DNA from: Patescibacteria group bacterium
GTDB taxonomy: Bacteria; Patescibacteriota; Patescibacteriia; Patescibacteriales; JBAZCA01
Direction: 5' to 3'
Assembly: GCA_041661505.1 (NCBI GenBank)
Contig: JBAZUF010000001.1
Span: 305,576 to 369,575, forward strand
DNA length: 64,000 nt
The notes under the pieces were generated by a model, which saw only the letters and a list, made by a program, of their open reading frames with translations, did not search any database and had not been told where the DNA came from. Positions within the stretch are counted from its first letter, which is position 1. Each line of letters opens with the position of its first letter. Below are positions 36,364-45,537 of the stretch, one piece after another. A program made the translations under genes and the position numbers.

Positions 36364-36448
36364 AAATTATTTCTTTTTCGAAGCGAGGACTGTTTGAGAC
36401 CGCCGACAGGCGGGCGAGTTCCACAGCGAGAAAAAGAAAAATTTTTGT

Positions 36449-37615
36449 CTAGCACCCAGCTTCTTTTTTTAAAGTCTCCGCCATATCCGTCGCTTCCCAG
36501 GTAAAATCCTTATCATTCCGCCCAAAATGGCCGTAAGCGGCGGTCTTCTTATAGATCGGCCGCTTTAAATTAAGCTTCTCGATAATTTGCTTGGGCCTAA
36601 AATCAAAATGCTTTTTTACCAGTTCAATTATTTTATTCTCGTCGATTTTATTGGTGCCGAAAGTATTTACGTAAACCCCGACCGGCTGGGCAACACCGAT
36701 GGCGTAAGCCACTTGCAGCTGGCATTTATCCGCTAGCCCGGCGGCCACTATATTTTTCGCGACGTACCGCGCCATATAAGCGCCGGATCGGTCCACTTTA
36801 GTCGCGCATTTTCCCGAAAACGCTCCGCCGCCGTGCGCGCCCACTCCGCCGTAAGTATCAACGATTATTTTTCGCCCCGTAAGCCCGGCATCAGCCGGCG
36901 GTCCGCCCATTACGAAGCGGCCGGTTGAATTGATAAATACCTTGGTTTTTTCGTCTAATAAATCTCCCAAAACCGGTTTAATAACTTTTTCGCGGATGTC
37001 TTCGCGCAACGCTTCGCTCGAAACCGCTTCGCTGTGATGGGCGGCGATAACGACAGTTTCCACCCTAACGGCATTGCCGTTATCATATTCAACCGTTACC
37101 TGGCTTTTTCCGTCCGGCCGGAGATATGGCAGAGTTCCGTTCTTTCTGACTTCCGCCAGTTTGGCGGTTAATCGGTGGGCTAAAATTATCGGCAAGGGCA
37201 TCAGCTCCGGAGTTTCATTGGTAGCAAAGCCGTACATCAATCCCTGGTCGCCGGCTCCCTGCTCTTTAAATTCTCCGGCGCCTTCGTCCACGCCCTGGGC
37301 AATATCCGGGCTTTGTTCGTGCAAGGTTACAATCACCCCGACATCATCACAGCAAAAACCAAATTCCTGCTTGTCGTAGCCAATCCCGCGCAAAACGTCG
37401 CGGACCACTTGTTCAACATTAACATAAGCCTTGGTCCGGGCTTCTCCGCCGACTAAAACCAAACCGGTAGTGCAAAAACATTCGATCCCGGCGTGCGAAT
37501 CCGGATCTTGCTTTAACATCTCGTCGTAAATCCCGTCCGAAATCTGGTCGCAAACTTTGTCCGGGTGCCCTTCGGTAACCGACTCGGACGTAATAAGCCT
37601 CGTATTTTTCTCCAT
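36449..37615 (-). CDS. metK: S-adenosylmethionine synthetase
   Basis: [49 protein letters not shown]. The start is placed at MEKNTRL (37615); the track ORF extends to 37669. Confidence 0.93.
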   Translation of the reverse strand: MEKNTRLITSESVTEGHPDKVCDQISDGIYDEMLKQDPDSHAGIECFCTTGLVLVGGEARTKAYVNVEQVVRDVLRGIGYDKQEFGFCCDDVGVIVTLHEQSPDIAQGVDEGAGEFKEQGAGDQGLMYGFATNETPELMPLPIILAHRLTAKLAEVRKNGTLPYLRPDGKSQVTVEYDNGNAVRVETVVIAAHHSEAVSSEALREDIREKVIKPVLGDLLDEKTKVFINSTGRFVMGGPPADAGLTGRKIIVDTYGGVGAHGGGAFSGKCATKVDRSGAYMARYVAKNIVAAGLADKCQLQVAYAIGVAQPVGVYVNTFGTNKIDENKIIELVKKHFDFRPKQIIEKLNLKRPIYKKTAAYGHFGRNDKDFTWEATDMAETLKKEAGC

Positions 37616-37638
37616 ACTCTTTTTTTTGGAAGTAGAGT

Positions 37639-37690
37639 AAATGAGGACAGAAAGTAAATAGTTTCCCATTAAAACCCGCTATCCTCATCT
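37639..37690 (-). promoter_or_regulatory. Long hairpin in the ahcY-metK spacer (candidate metK leader element)
   Basis: On the minus transcript, agaugaggauag pairs with cugucctcauuu over 12 bp, including two G-U pairs that would be A-C mismatches on the plus strand. It encloses about 28 nt, ends about 20 nt before the metK ATG, and is not followed by a U-tract. Confidence 0.3.
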
Positions 37691-37742
37691 GCTAACTTTC
37701 CGTTATTAAACTAATTGTTAATTGATAATTGTAAATTTATAA

Positions 37743-39041
37743 TTAGGTTCCGATTTCCCAGCTCTTCAAATACTTTTCCTGTTCGTTCGTAAGCTTATCA
37801 ATACTAATCCCCATTGATTTTAATTTCAAATCGGCAATCCAGTCTTCGATTTCTTCCGGGACGTTATACACTTTTTTCTCCAGCTTTGTTTTACTTTTTA
37901 CAACGTATTCGGATGCCAAAGCTTGCGTCGCAAAACTCATATCCATAACCGAAGCCGGGTGCCCTTCGGCGGCGGCCAGGTTGATTAAGCGCCCTTCGCC
38001 CAAAAGATAGATGCTTTTTTGCTTGCCCGCCCCGCCTTTGGCTGGGGCGCGGCCTAAAACATACTCGTCCACGAAATTCCTTATATTTTTATTCATTTTT
38101 TTGGACAGCTTTTTTAATTCCGGAATGTTTATTTCAACGTCAAAATGCCCTGAATTGCATATCATCGCCCCGTCTTTCATTAGTTTAAAATGCTCGCCAC
38201 GAAGGACATTAATATCGCCGGTCAAAGTGCAGAACAGATCGCCAACCTTGGCGGCGTCCAGCATCGGCATAACGTCAAATCCGTCCATCGCCGCTTCCAA
38301 AGCTTTAATTTTGTCCACTTCGGTTACAACGACTTTCGCTCCCATCCCGCGGGCCCGCGAGGCAAACCCTCTTCCGCACCAGCCGTAGCCGGCAACAACG
38401 ACGGTTTTCCCGGCAATCAGTATGTCGGCGGCGCGGATTATTCCGTCCAATGTCGATTGACCGGTGCCGTAGCGGTTGTCAAACATATTTTTGGTCTTGG
38501 CATCGTTAACCGCCACAATCGGCACCAACAGTTTTTTTTGCTTTTCTAGCGCCTTCAGCCTAATGACTCCCGTTGTAGTCTCTTCCATACTGCCGACAAT
38601 TTTCGGCGCCAGCTTTTTGTATTTGGTATGGATTAAAGACAGGAGATCGGCCCCGTCATCCATGGTGATATTCGGCGAAAAATCCAAAGCCGCAACTAAA
38701 TGCTTGTAATAGGATTCTTTGCCTTCTCCGCAAATCGCGTAAGTCGGGATTTCATAGTCTTTAACCAAAGAAGCGGCGACGTCATCCTGTGTGGACAATG
38801 GATTGGAGGCGCATAAAAGCACGTCGGCTCCCCCCGACTTAAGAGTGCGCACTAAATTCGCAGTCTCGGCCGTAACGTGCAGGCAGGCTGACATTTTCAT
38901 TCCTTTGAACGGCAGTTCCCGCGCGAATCTTTTTTTAATCGCCCCTAAAACCGGCATGTCCTTTTCCGCCCATTCGATTCTTTTTCTGCCGCCTTCGGCC
39001 AGCTTAATGTCTTTAATGTCAAAATTCATATTTCTAATCAA
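37743..39041 (-). CDS. ahcY: Adenosylhomocysteinase (SAH hydrolase)
   Basis: [15 protein letters not shown], the NAD-binding [11 protein letters not shown] motif, and NSGHFDVEI. 432 aa. Confidence 0.93.
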   Translation of the reverse strand: MIRNMNFDIKDIKLAEGGRKRIEWAEKDMPVLGAIKKRFARELPFKGMKMSACLHVTAETANLVRTLKSGGADVLLCASNPLSTQDDVAASLVKDYEIPTYAICGEGKESYYKHLVAALDFSPNITMDDGADLLSLIHTKYKKLAPKIVGSMEETTTGVIRLKALEKQKKLLVPIVAVNDAKTKNMFDNRYGTGQSTLDGIIRAADILIAGKTVVVAGYGWCGRGFASRARGMGAKVVVTEVDKIKALEAAMDGFDVMPMLDAAKVGDLFCTLTGDINVLRGEHFKLMKDGAMICNSGHFDVEINIPELKKLSKKMNKNIRNFVDEYVLGRAPAKGGAGKQKSIYLLGEGRLINLAAAEGHPASVMDMSFATQALASEYVVKSKTKLEKKVYNVPEEIEDWIADLKLKSMGISIDKLTNEQEKYLKSWEIGT

Positions 39042-39068
39042 TGTTTTTAATTTTAAAACTTTTTGATA

Positions 39069-40031
39069 TTACAATTTTTCATTATAAGCCTGCAAAAATT
39101 TTCCCGCCACGCTTTTCCAGGTAAACGCGTGGTTTTGCGTCCCGTACTTTTCTACGGCGTAAGAAGCGACTACGCTCGCGAGCTTAGCGCTCTTTTCCAT
39201 ATCCCATCCCGATGCCAGTCCTTTCAAAAGTCCGGCCCGGTAGGCGTCGCCGGCACCAGTCGGATCTTTTAGTTCTTTCGCCTTAACCGGGCGCACCTTA
39301 ATCCTCCTGCCTTTAATAAATATCTCCGATCCAAGCTCTCCTTTGGTGATAATTAATGTTCTTACTTTATCAATTAATTGCTTGCTTGTCCATCCTGTCT
39401 TTTTCTTTATCATTTCTACTTCATAATCATTGCCGATTAAAATTTCCGCCGCCTCCGCCGCCCTTTTAATTACCTCGCTTTTTAAAGCCGGAATAGCTTG
39501 TCCCGGATCAAAAATATATCTGATATTAGCTTTTTTGTAGTATCCGCCGTATTCTCTCATATCGTCTATATTGCCGGGCGAAACAATGGCCAGGCTATTT
39601 TTTAAGGCCTTAGCGCTAAATCCCTTAAAGACTTCTTTTCCCCGCGCTACATTCATCGCTCCCATGTTAAACCCGGTTATCTGGTTATCGGCTTTGTCGG
39701 TAATAATATAGGCTGAAGCAGTGTGTTTTTCCTTAATCTCTTTCACTTGGGAAATGTCCACCTTTTTTTTCTTGAGCCATTTTTTGTACGACCCAAAATC
39801 GGTTCCGGCGGTTGCTAAAATAAAAGGTCGCTCATTAAGAAGCGCCAAATTATAAGCAATATTTCCGGCGCAGCCGCCAAAATTTTCCCTCAACTCGTTA
39901 ATGTTAAAGGCAACGTTTAAATTGTGGATTTTGTCCGGCAAAATATGGTCGGAAAATTTCCCGGGGAAATCCATAATCCGGTCAAACGCCAAAGACCCGG
40001 AAACTAATATGTTTTTAATTTTATTTGCCAT
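39069..40031 (-). CDS. PfkB-family kinase, probably adenosine kinase
   Basis: N-terminal GSLAFD and a C-terminal DPTGAGDAYRAG ATP/anion-hole motif. The methyl-cycle context suggests adenosine kinase. The ATG at 40031 (MANKIKN) is preferred over the TTG at 40037. Confidence 0.7.
   Translation of the reverse strand: MANKIKNILVSGSLAFDRIMDFPGKFSDHILPDKIHNLNVAFNINELRENFGGCAGNIAYNLALLNERPFILATAGTDFGSYKKWLKKKKVDISQVKEIKEKHTASAYIITDKADNQITGFNMGAMNVARGKEVFKGFSAKALKNSLAIVSPGNIDDMREYGGYYKKANIRYIFDPGQAIPALKSEVIKRAAEAAEILIGNDYEVEMIKKKTGWTSKQLIDKVRTLIITKGELGSEIFIKGRRIKVRPVKAKELKDPTGAGDAYRAGLLKGLASGWDMEKSAKLASVVASYAVEKYGTQNHAFTWKSVAGKFLQAYNEKL
39955..40013. repeat. Direct repeat copy A (kinase 5' coding end)
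   Basis: A 45-nt stretch, atccataatccggtcaaacgccaaagacccggaaactaatatgtt (39969..40013), is identical to 41181..41225. About 14 more near-identical nt lie on the low-coordinate side. Confidence 0.85.
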
Positions 40032-40033
40032 AA

Positions 40034-40489
40034 TCAAAGCAGTTTTTTCTGCGGATTATGCTTATTAATATAATTTTTTATTTCACCAATAAAATTTTCG
40101 GCCGTTTTAATTGACTCGTCGGCCTCCGTGTCCGACACAATTCCGACGTCATAAATTATCTCATGTCTATTTTTTCTCATCTGATCAAATTCTTTGATTA
40201 TTGATGAATAGCTCGCGCCAATAATTGCTTCCGCAGACTCCACCACTGTTTTATGGAACCCCTTGACTTTCGGGCGATAACCGTAAAAAAATACGAGCGC
40301 TATTCCGGCCTGGAGCATAGCGTCATAGGCCATCCGGTAAGCGCCAATTTTATCGCTTCCTATAAGCAACTTAGCGTTTAATAAATCCCTGCCAGCTCTT
40401 TCAATCCTCTTAATAATCTGGTCGAATCTTATTCCTTTTTCTTTCTGAAGAAAACCGGCTTTGGCTAAATTTTCTAAAGTTTTTTTCAT
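40034..40489 (-). CDS. HEPN-domain protein (toxin-type partner of the MNT)
   Basis: 151 aa, all-alpha, with an R-x-N-R-H-E-x-x-Y segment (QMRKNRHEIIYD). Directly downstream of, and overlapping, the nucleotidyltransferase gene. Confidence 0.6.
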   Translation of the reverse strand: MKKTLENLAKAGFLQKEKGIRFDQIIKRIERAGRDLLNAKLLIGSDKIGAYRMAYDAMLQAGIALVFFYGYRPKVKGFHKTVVESAEAIIGASYSSIIKEFDQMRKNRHEIIYDVGIVSDTEADESIKTAENFIGEIKNYINKHNPQKKLL

Positions 40490-41042
40490 CTCCTTTTATA
40501 AATATTTTTTTGCTTTTTACAACATTCTCTATAAAACTGTTGCCCTTCTCAATTTCTTTTTCTAAGTCTCTGGGCGAAAATATCCGGTAATTAATTTCCC
40601 GGCCGATTTTTTTCTCAATTAAACTTATTTTCTCCAATAAATCTCTCTTATTAATATCGGCGCCGATCAAAAAAAGGTCTATGTCGCTTCCGGCTTTATC
40701 CTCGGAACGGGCGCGCGATCCATAAATAAATGCGCACAAAACGCCGTCTAGATTTTTCACAGCTTTTTCCAGCGCGCTTTCTATTCCGACTGATTTAGCA
40801 ATAATATTTTTTAATTCGCGGTAAAGCGGATAATTTTTATTCAATTTAAAATATTTTTGTTTTCCCTTAAATTCAGAAGCAAATGTTCCTTTCTTTTCAA
40901 GCTTATTCAGTTCTCTAGCCAAATTAGAAGCGTCCTCTTTTAAGAGGCGCGCTAATTCCCTAAGATACAATTCCGCTCCCGGATGATCAAAATAATAAGC
41001 GTAAAGTTTAGCTTTTAATTTGGATTTTAAAAAGTTAACCAT
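40410..41042 (-). CDS. Winged-helix plus minimal nucleotidyltransferase (MNT) protein
   Basis: N-terminal wHTH-like segment (LRELARLLKEDASNLARELNKLEKKG), then the NTase motif IYGSRARSEDKAGSDIDLFLI (GS-x10-D-x-D). The likely start is MVNFLK at 41042. Confidence 0.7.
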   Translation of the reverse strand: MVNFLKSKLKAKLYAYYFDHPGAELYLRELARLLKEDASNLARELNKLEKKGTFASEFKGKQKYFKLNKNYPLYRELKNIIAKSVGIESALEKAVKNLDGVLCAFIYGSRARSEDKAGSDIDLFLIGADINKRDLLEKISLIEKKIGREINYRIFSPRDLEKEIEKGNSFIENVVKSKKIFIKGDEKNFRKFSQSRFSSERKRNKIRPDY

Positions 41043-41113
41043 AACCGATATGAGTGAGGAAACGGCAAATATCAATTCGCCGCTTCCGAACGAATGAGGA
41101 TTATATCATCAGA

Positions 41114-41148
41114 TACAATTGTAGTATGTTTATACTACAATTGTAGTA
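41114..41148. promoter_or_regulatory. Tandem palindromic operator-like sites upstream of the MNT/HEPN pair
   Basis: tacaattgtagta occurs at 41114..41126. The perfect 16-nt palindrome tactacaattgtagta lies at 41133..41148, about 70-100 nt upstream of the MNT start. Confidence 0.4.
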
Positions 41149-41166
41149 ATTACTAACAACAATGTC

Positions 41167-41240
41167 AATTTCCCCGGAAAATCCATAATCCGGTCAAACG
41201 CCAAAGACCCGGAAACTAATATGTTGAGCTTGTTATTCAT
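41167..41240 (-). pseudogene. Orphan 5' fragment of the PfkB kinase gene (direct repeat copy B)
   Basis: The minus strand from the ATG at 41240 reads MNNKLNILVSGSLAFDRIMDFPGK. That matches MANKIKNILVSGSLAFDRIMDFPGK of the intact kinase. The reading then diverges. Confidence 0.65.
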
Positions 41241-41288
41241 ACTTCGAATACTTTACCTTATTGCCGGCCGCACTTCAAGCCTTGACAA

Positions 41289-42260
41289 TTAACCGCCAAA
41301 ATCCTGTTTGACCGGCTGGGACGGATTCCCGTTTCCTCCGCCCGAAGCTGATCCGCTTTGGCTGTATATTTTCCTAATCTCTTCCTCAATCGCCCTTCTT
41401 TCAAGCGAACCAGCGGGATATTCCAATACTAACTCTTTTAAACTTTTCAGCTGCGTATTTCCCGCGCCTTCAGAAGATTTGTCAGGCGCATTTCCGCCAG
41501 TGTTTAATTTTTTCAAGACCGCCCTCACCTCTTCAATTTCTTTATCAATGGGCTCTAGCACGCCCTCTTTAAAAATATAATTTTTCCCATCAATTGCCAT
41601 CGGCACATGCTCTTCAAATCCTTGCGGCGAAAAAGAAGAATGCTTTAGCCATTCATATAAATTAAACAAAATTTTAAGATTTTCAGTATCCTCATTTGTT
41701 AATTCCTTCGTGCGTTTAAGATCTATAAAATATTGGTTTCTTTTTAGATTATCCGCAACTTCTGTTCCAAGTTTCCCATTATAATCTTTAAGCCAGTCTC
41801 CGACGGTTTTTATCAAGGCTAGGGGAGTAATTGTTTCCCGATTTTCCAGCAAAGCCCTTTTTAAAGTTTCCCTGCATCTGTCTCTCTCTTCAGTGATTTC
41901 AATATTCAATAATTTATTTTTTACCTTATCAGTTACGTCATACCCTTCTTTCGCAAGATTGTAATGCTTGGTAAAATTATTTTTTAAGAGGGCTGAAATA
42001 CTAGCGTAATCAAGCAGGGGAAGAGCGATGAATTTAAGATTTATCAAAGCCTTGCTATAATAATTAAAAAACTGACCGTTTTGTATCGCCAGATTTTTAT
42101 GTTTTAGAAGAGCTTTCTCTAATAAATTTCCGGCTTTAAGCGCCGTCGGCGCGTCATCAGCTTCAATTATCTTCTTGAATAAATTTTTTGTAGACTCAAA
42201 AAAATCTTTATCCAATAATGCCGTCGGAGTATTTGAATTGTTTAGATTGTTTATTGGCAT
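41289..42260 (-). CDS. Hypothetical soluble protein with Gly/Ser-rich C-terminal tail
   Basis: 323-aa ORF, mostly predicted helical, co-directional with the 850-aa membrane protein. No motif recognised. Confidence 0.45.
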   Translation of the reverse strand: MPINNLNNSNTPTALLDKDFFESTKNLFKKIIEADDAPTALKAGNLLEKALLKHKNLAIQNGQFFNYYSKALINLKFIALPLLDYASISALLKNNFTKHYNLAKEGYDVTDKVKNKLLNIEITEERDRCRETLKRALLENRETITPLALIKTVGDWLKDYNGKLGTEVADNLKRNQYFIDLKRTKELTNEDTENLKILFNLYEWLKHSSFSPQGFEEHVPMAIDGKNYIFKEGVLEPIDKEIEEVRAVLKKLNTGGNAPDKSSEGAGNTQLKSLKELVLEYPAGSLERRAIEEEIRKIYSQSGSASGGGNGNPSQPVKQDFGG

Positions 42261-42331
42261 AACTCTTTAATAGTCTGCAAATTTTAAACGATTTGATTTA
42301 TTTATTTTCGGTTCCATTTTAACTCAAACTG

Positions 42332-44884
42332 TTATTTTAGGGCGTTCGCATATTTATCAAACTCTTCTTTATAATTTGATATTGAAGCTTTCGCGGCTAC
42401 CTCAATTATTTTAAGTATATCGGGACTTATTATTCCGTCATCAACTGCTTTTTGTAATTTATCTTTTTCGCTCCATAAATGCTTAGCCACGCTTTCTTGA
42501 ATATTTCTTTTTAAATTTTCCTGCCCGTCAGGAGAATCGAATGACTTTAGAATCATAAGACCGCCGACATCAAGATGGAATTTGCCGGTAATGTCGTGAT
42601 GTCCGTAATCCAGACGGTTAAAATTCCTTGCCCTGTTTCTGGCATCCATTTTTCCGGTTTCAGTAGCGACAAAAGCGGCATGCTCAACTTCATTCATTTC
42701 TCTCCATTTTCCATTTTCCATCGTATAAGCGCCGGTAGCCATCCAATGATGGCCCTGCCTCTTATTCAGCATGGCGATTTCACTGCCCAAAGCAAAAGCG
42801 TCCTGCTGGGAAAGTCCGGCGTCCATGTTGGCTAATCGGGGATCTGCCTTCTTTTCCTCGTCGCTTAATGTGCCGGAAAAGGCCCTCATTAATTTTTGTA
42901 AGCCCTTAAACCCGGTATCACCGGCCAAAGGCTTAAGAAATTCGTTATCGTCATAATTTTGAGTCATCCATTTAGTAATGGCTTTTACCATAGCCTTATC
43001 TTTTTCGTTTATCGCGTCATTAAGGATTCTTAGTAATTCTGAAGAGTCGGTAATATTCCTAATTTTGGCCATTTTCTCATTAACCGCCGCCTGTTCCGCC
43101 GCTCTGGCCTGGAAATCATACATAGGAACGTTCTTGTCATATTCTTTTTGTTTCACTATGGCAGTATTTATATATTCGGCTTTTTCATCATCAGTAAAAG
43201 CCCTATTCATGTTATTGTTGTTTGTAGCGAAGTCAAGCTTACGCTGTTCACTGTCTCTCTCCTTGGTAAGCGCGTTTTTCTTTTCTTCATTTGTCTCGGT
43301 ATCAATCTGATCATCCAGATCGTCTATTCTCGTTGTCAATTCGATTGCTTTATCCCGTTTCTTGACTGCGGTTAGAGCCGAATATTCGGCTTCAAATTTA
43401 ACCTGGGGAAGTTCATTTTCAAGAACCTCTCTTCTTGCCGCCAGCCTCTTTCCTCCCAAAAATCTCTGTCTTAGTCCTTTCTTGCTGGTAACTTGCTCCC
43501 AAGCCGTTCCCGGCGTTCCGGTCATGGCTAAAGCACCGCGAAATGTTCCTTTCGTAGCCATAACTTCCTCGGCCTTTTTCATGCCGGAAGCGTACCTTTC
43601 TTTCTTTCTTTCGGCCCGTTTTTCCTTTATCCCGCCCCAAACTCTGGCTAAATTAAAGTCCACCCCTGTTTTTTCATGGGTCTTGTCAATTAAGAAGCTG
43701 CCCAATGCTCCGGCTCCTGCCGCGCCCAATTTAAGCGGAGCCATCGCCGCTTTTTGAGCAAGCCCCTGAACTTTCCCCGCCACCTTAGCCATCAGCCCGC
43801 CGGCCTGCTGGGCGACCATCAGCCCGCCCATTAGAAAACCGATGACGATAATGTAGGTTTGAAATCCTGTCGAGCAAAAAAATTTACTTAAACCGCCGCA
43901 CACTTCACTAGTTGAAATACCGGTTGATCCTGTTTGGAGAGTTCCGGCCGACCCCGTCGCCGTAGTTAAGGCTAACCAAAGAAAAAAAGCTAAAACCGGA
44001 CCAGTGGTAACGTATTTGGCAAATTCCGACCACCATTGGCTCGCGTATTTTTGGCCGGCTGGAAAAGCGGATAATAAAAACGCGGCCGGAGAAAGGATGG
44101 TATATATCCAAAGCATTATTATCCGGACAACTAAAACCGCAATCATCACTAAGATTACGATATCAGTAACAATCAAAGCAATAACCCCTAAAACAAGAGA
44201 AATTACTATATTAAAAGTTTCAATTTGTTTTGAGCCGCTGGCGGTATCTTTAAGAGCATCATTGCTTATTACTCCAATGTTCAATATTTGGGTTTTATCA
44301 ATCAAAGCCCCTTTCGAAGCGGCAAAGGCGTTAACAAAGGTAAGCATTATTACCTGGGATGCATCAATCATCAGCCCGCAGATGGTTTTGGAAAAATTTA
44401 TCAAAACCGCCATTATCAATAATTTTGGGAGTAGTTTTTTCGCGTTATAACTCTCAACCCTTAAAATCGTCGCGAAGGCGATAATTAAAAGGATTAAAAT
44501 AAAAAACATGTTGCAAAGATCGCGGACAATAACCCAGCCATTGGTAACCGCTGACACATTGATAATATTATTATATGAAGAAACCTGTAATAGTATTGCT
44601 GTTAAAACAGTTAAAAATACGCCAAAAACAGCTAAAAAAATCTGTGCTATCCAGCCCACTACTGTTGCTATTGCACCGCCTATGCCTCCGCTTACCGTAT
44701 TCCAAACCCCATTCCATCCGGAGGTAGTATCAGTAGAAGTTTTAGTAGTGTCAGTAGTAGTTTCCCCCGCCGCATGTATGCTATGCGAAGCAAAAACAAA
44801 AACGACGAAAAGCAAAATCAAGAAAGCCAAAATGTTTTTAGCCAACAATTTTCTATTTATTTTCATCTTATTTTTTGAATTCAT
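42332..44884 (-). CDS. Large polytopic membrane protein, VirB6/TrbL-like architecture, with a roughly 450-aa soluble C-terminal domain
   Basis: Signal peptide, Thr-rich stalk (GETTTDTTKTSTDTTS), then at least 6 TM spans with a pattern like VirB6/TrbL channel subunits. The C-terminal half is charged and coiled-coil rich. Confidence 0.45.
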   Translation of the reverse strand: MNSKNKMKINRKLLAKNILAFLILLFVVFVFASHSIHAAGETTTDTTKTSTDTTSGWNGVWNTVSGGIGGAIATVVGWIAQIFLAVFGVFLTVLTAILLQVSSYNNIINVSAVTNGWVIVRDLCNMFFILILLIIAFATILRVESYNAKKLLPKLLIMAVLINFSKTICGLMIDASQVIMLTFVNAFAASKGALIDKTQILNIGVISNDALKDTASGSKQIETFNIVISLVLGVIALIVTDIVILVMIAVLVVRIIMLWIYTILSPAAFLLSAFPAGQKYASQWWSEFAKYVTTGPVLAFFLWLALTTATGSAGTLQTGSTGISTSEVCGGLSKFFCSTGFQTYIIVIGFLMGGLMVAQQAGGLMAKVAGKVQGLAQKAAMAPLKLGAAGAGALGSFLIDKTHEKTGVDFNLARVWGGIKEKRAERKKERYASGMKKAEEVMATKGTFRGALAMTGTPGTAWEQVTSKKGLRQRFLGGKRLAARREVLENELPQVKFEAEYSALTAVKKRDKAIELTTRIDDLDDQIDTETNEEKKNALTKERDSEQRKLDFATNNNNMNRAFTDDEKAEYINTAIVKQKEYDKNVPMYDFQARAAEQAAVNEKMAKIRNITDSSELLRILNDAINEKDKAMVKAITKWMTQNYDDNEFLKPLAGDTGFKGLQKLMRAFSGTLSDEEKKADPRLANMDAGLSQQDAFALGSEIAMLNKRQGHHWMATGAYTMENGKWREMNEVEHAAFVATETGKMDARNRARNFNRLDYGHHDITGKFHLDVGGLMILKSFDSPDGQENLKRNIQESVAKHLWSEKDKLQKAVDDGIISPDILKIIEVAAKASISNYKEEFDKYANALK

Positions 44885-44904
44885 AGACGGAAAGACAATT
44901 TTCT

Positions 44905-45537
44905 CTAAAAAGCGAAGGGAATAAAAAACGATGCCAAGGCGGTGAGGGATCCAAATCCCAAGTCTACGATTGCCTTAAAGGGATTGCTAATCCATCCGGT
45001 TATCATCGCTACCCCGGAAATTAAAGAAATAACCCATAAAAAAGTCGAAATTGAGGAAAAAGCCATTACGATTTTTTGCCCAGGCCTTAAATTCAGTTTT
45101 CCATCCCTTAAAAATCTCCAGCCGGCCCAAACTATATTAACTCCCGGAATCGCGCTCAAAAAATAATTTAATACAATTTTTCCAAGCCCGCTTTTCGCGG
45201 CCTGGGCCGCTTTATTTGACTGTTCTTCTTCCTGGGCTTGCGCGTTTCTGGCTCTGGCCTGTTCTTGCCTTAAATTCCTCCCGCCACCCATATCGGCCTC
45301 TTGCCCCCCGCCAGCTCCTCCCAAACCTTCGCTCATGCCGCCCTCATTAGTTCCCTTTCCCGCCTGTGGCCGGTTTCCCAGCTGGCTTCCGCCCATCTGT
45401 CCGCTGATTCTATCTTTATTGCGGCCGGCCATCTGGTCCTCCTTTAATTTTCTTCCGGCTAGCTGGCTTTGAGCCGGACCGGAAAGCTCATTGCCTAAAA
45501 CATTCTGCCTCATTGCGTTTTCGTTTTGGTTGGGCAT
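44905..45537 (-). CDS. Membrane protein with a Gly/Gln/Asn/Ala-rich disordered N-terminal half and C-terminal TM spans
   Basis: 210 aa. C-terminal hydrophobic spans (IVLNYFLSAIPGVNIVWAGW, VMAFSSISTFLWVISLISGVAMITGW, LGFGSLTALASFFIPFAF). It shares its first 7 codons (MPNQNEN) with the next gene. Confidence 0.45.
   Translation of the reverse strand: MPNQNENAMRQNVLGNELSGPAQSQLAGRKLKEDQMAGRNKDRISGQMGGSQLGNRPQAGKGTNEGGMSEGLGGAGGGQEADMGGGRNLRQEQARARNAQAQEEEQSNKAAQAAKSGLGKIVLNYFLSAIPGVNIVWAGWRFLRDGKLNLRPGQKIVMAFSSISTFLWVISLISGVAMITGWISNPFKAIVDLGFGSLTALASFFIPFAF

Noticed and set aside
36364-36448. SAM/SAH riboswitch between metK and the EamA transporter
   Set aside because: The region has a ccgcc-gaca-ggcgg hairpin and flanking ctttttc/gaaaaag complementarity. 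I could not align it to the SAH or SAM-II/V consensus from memory. It may simply be the metK terminator or an attenuator. It is mentioned only within the methyl-cycle finding.
37419-37688. 89-aa minus-strand ORF overlapping the metK start, and the extended metK start at 37669
   Set aside because: The 89-aa ORF is out of frame with metK and Arg-rich. The canonical MetK N-terminus begins at [20 protein letters not shown] (ATG 37615). The upstream extension would run through the leader hairpin.
40410-40489. 80-nt overlap between the MNT and HEPN genes as evidence of a pseudogene or programmed frameshift
   Set aside because: Both reading frames are intact, with their diagnostic motifs outside the overlap. 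Overlapping TA gene pairs are common. The MNT tail in the overlap may simply be a non-conserved extension.
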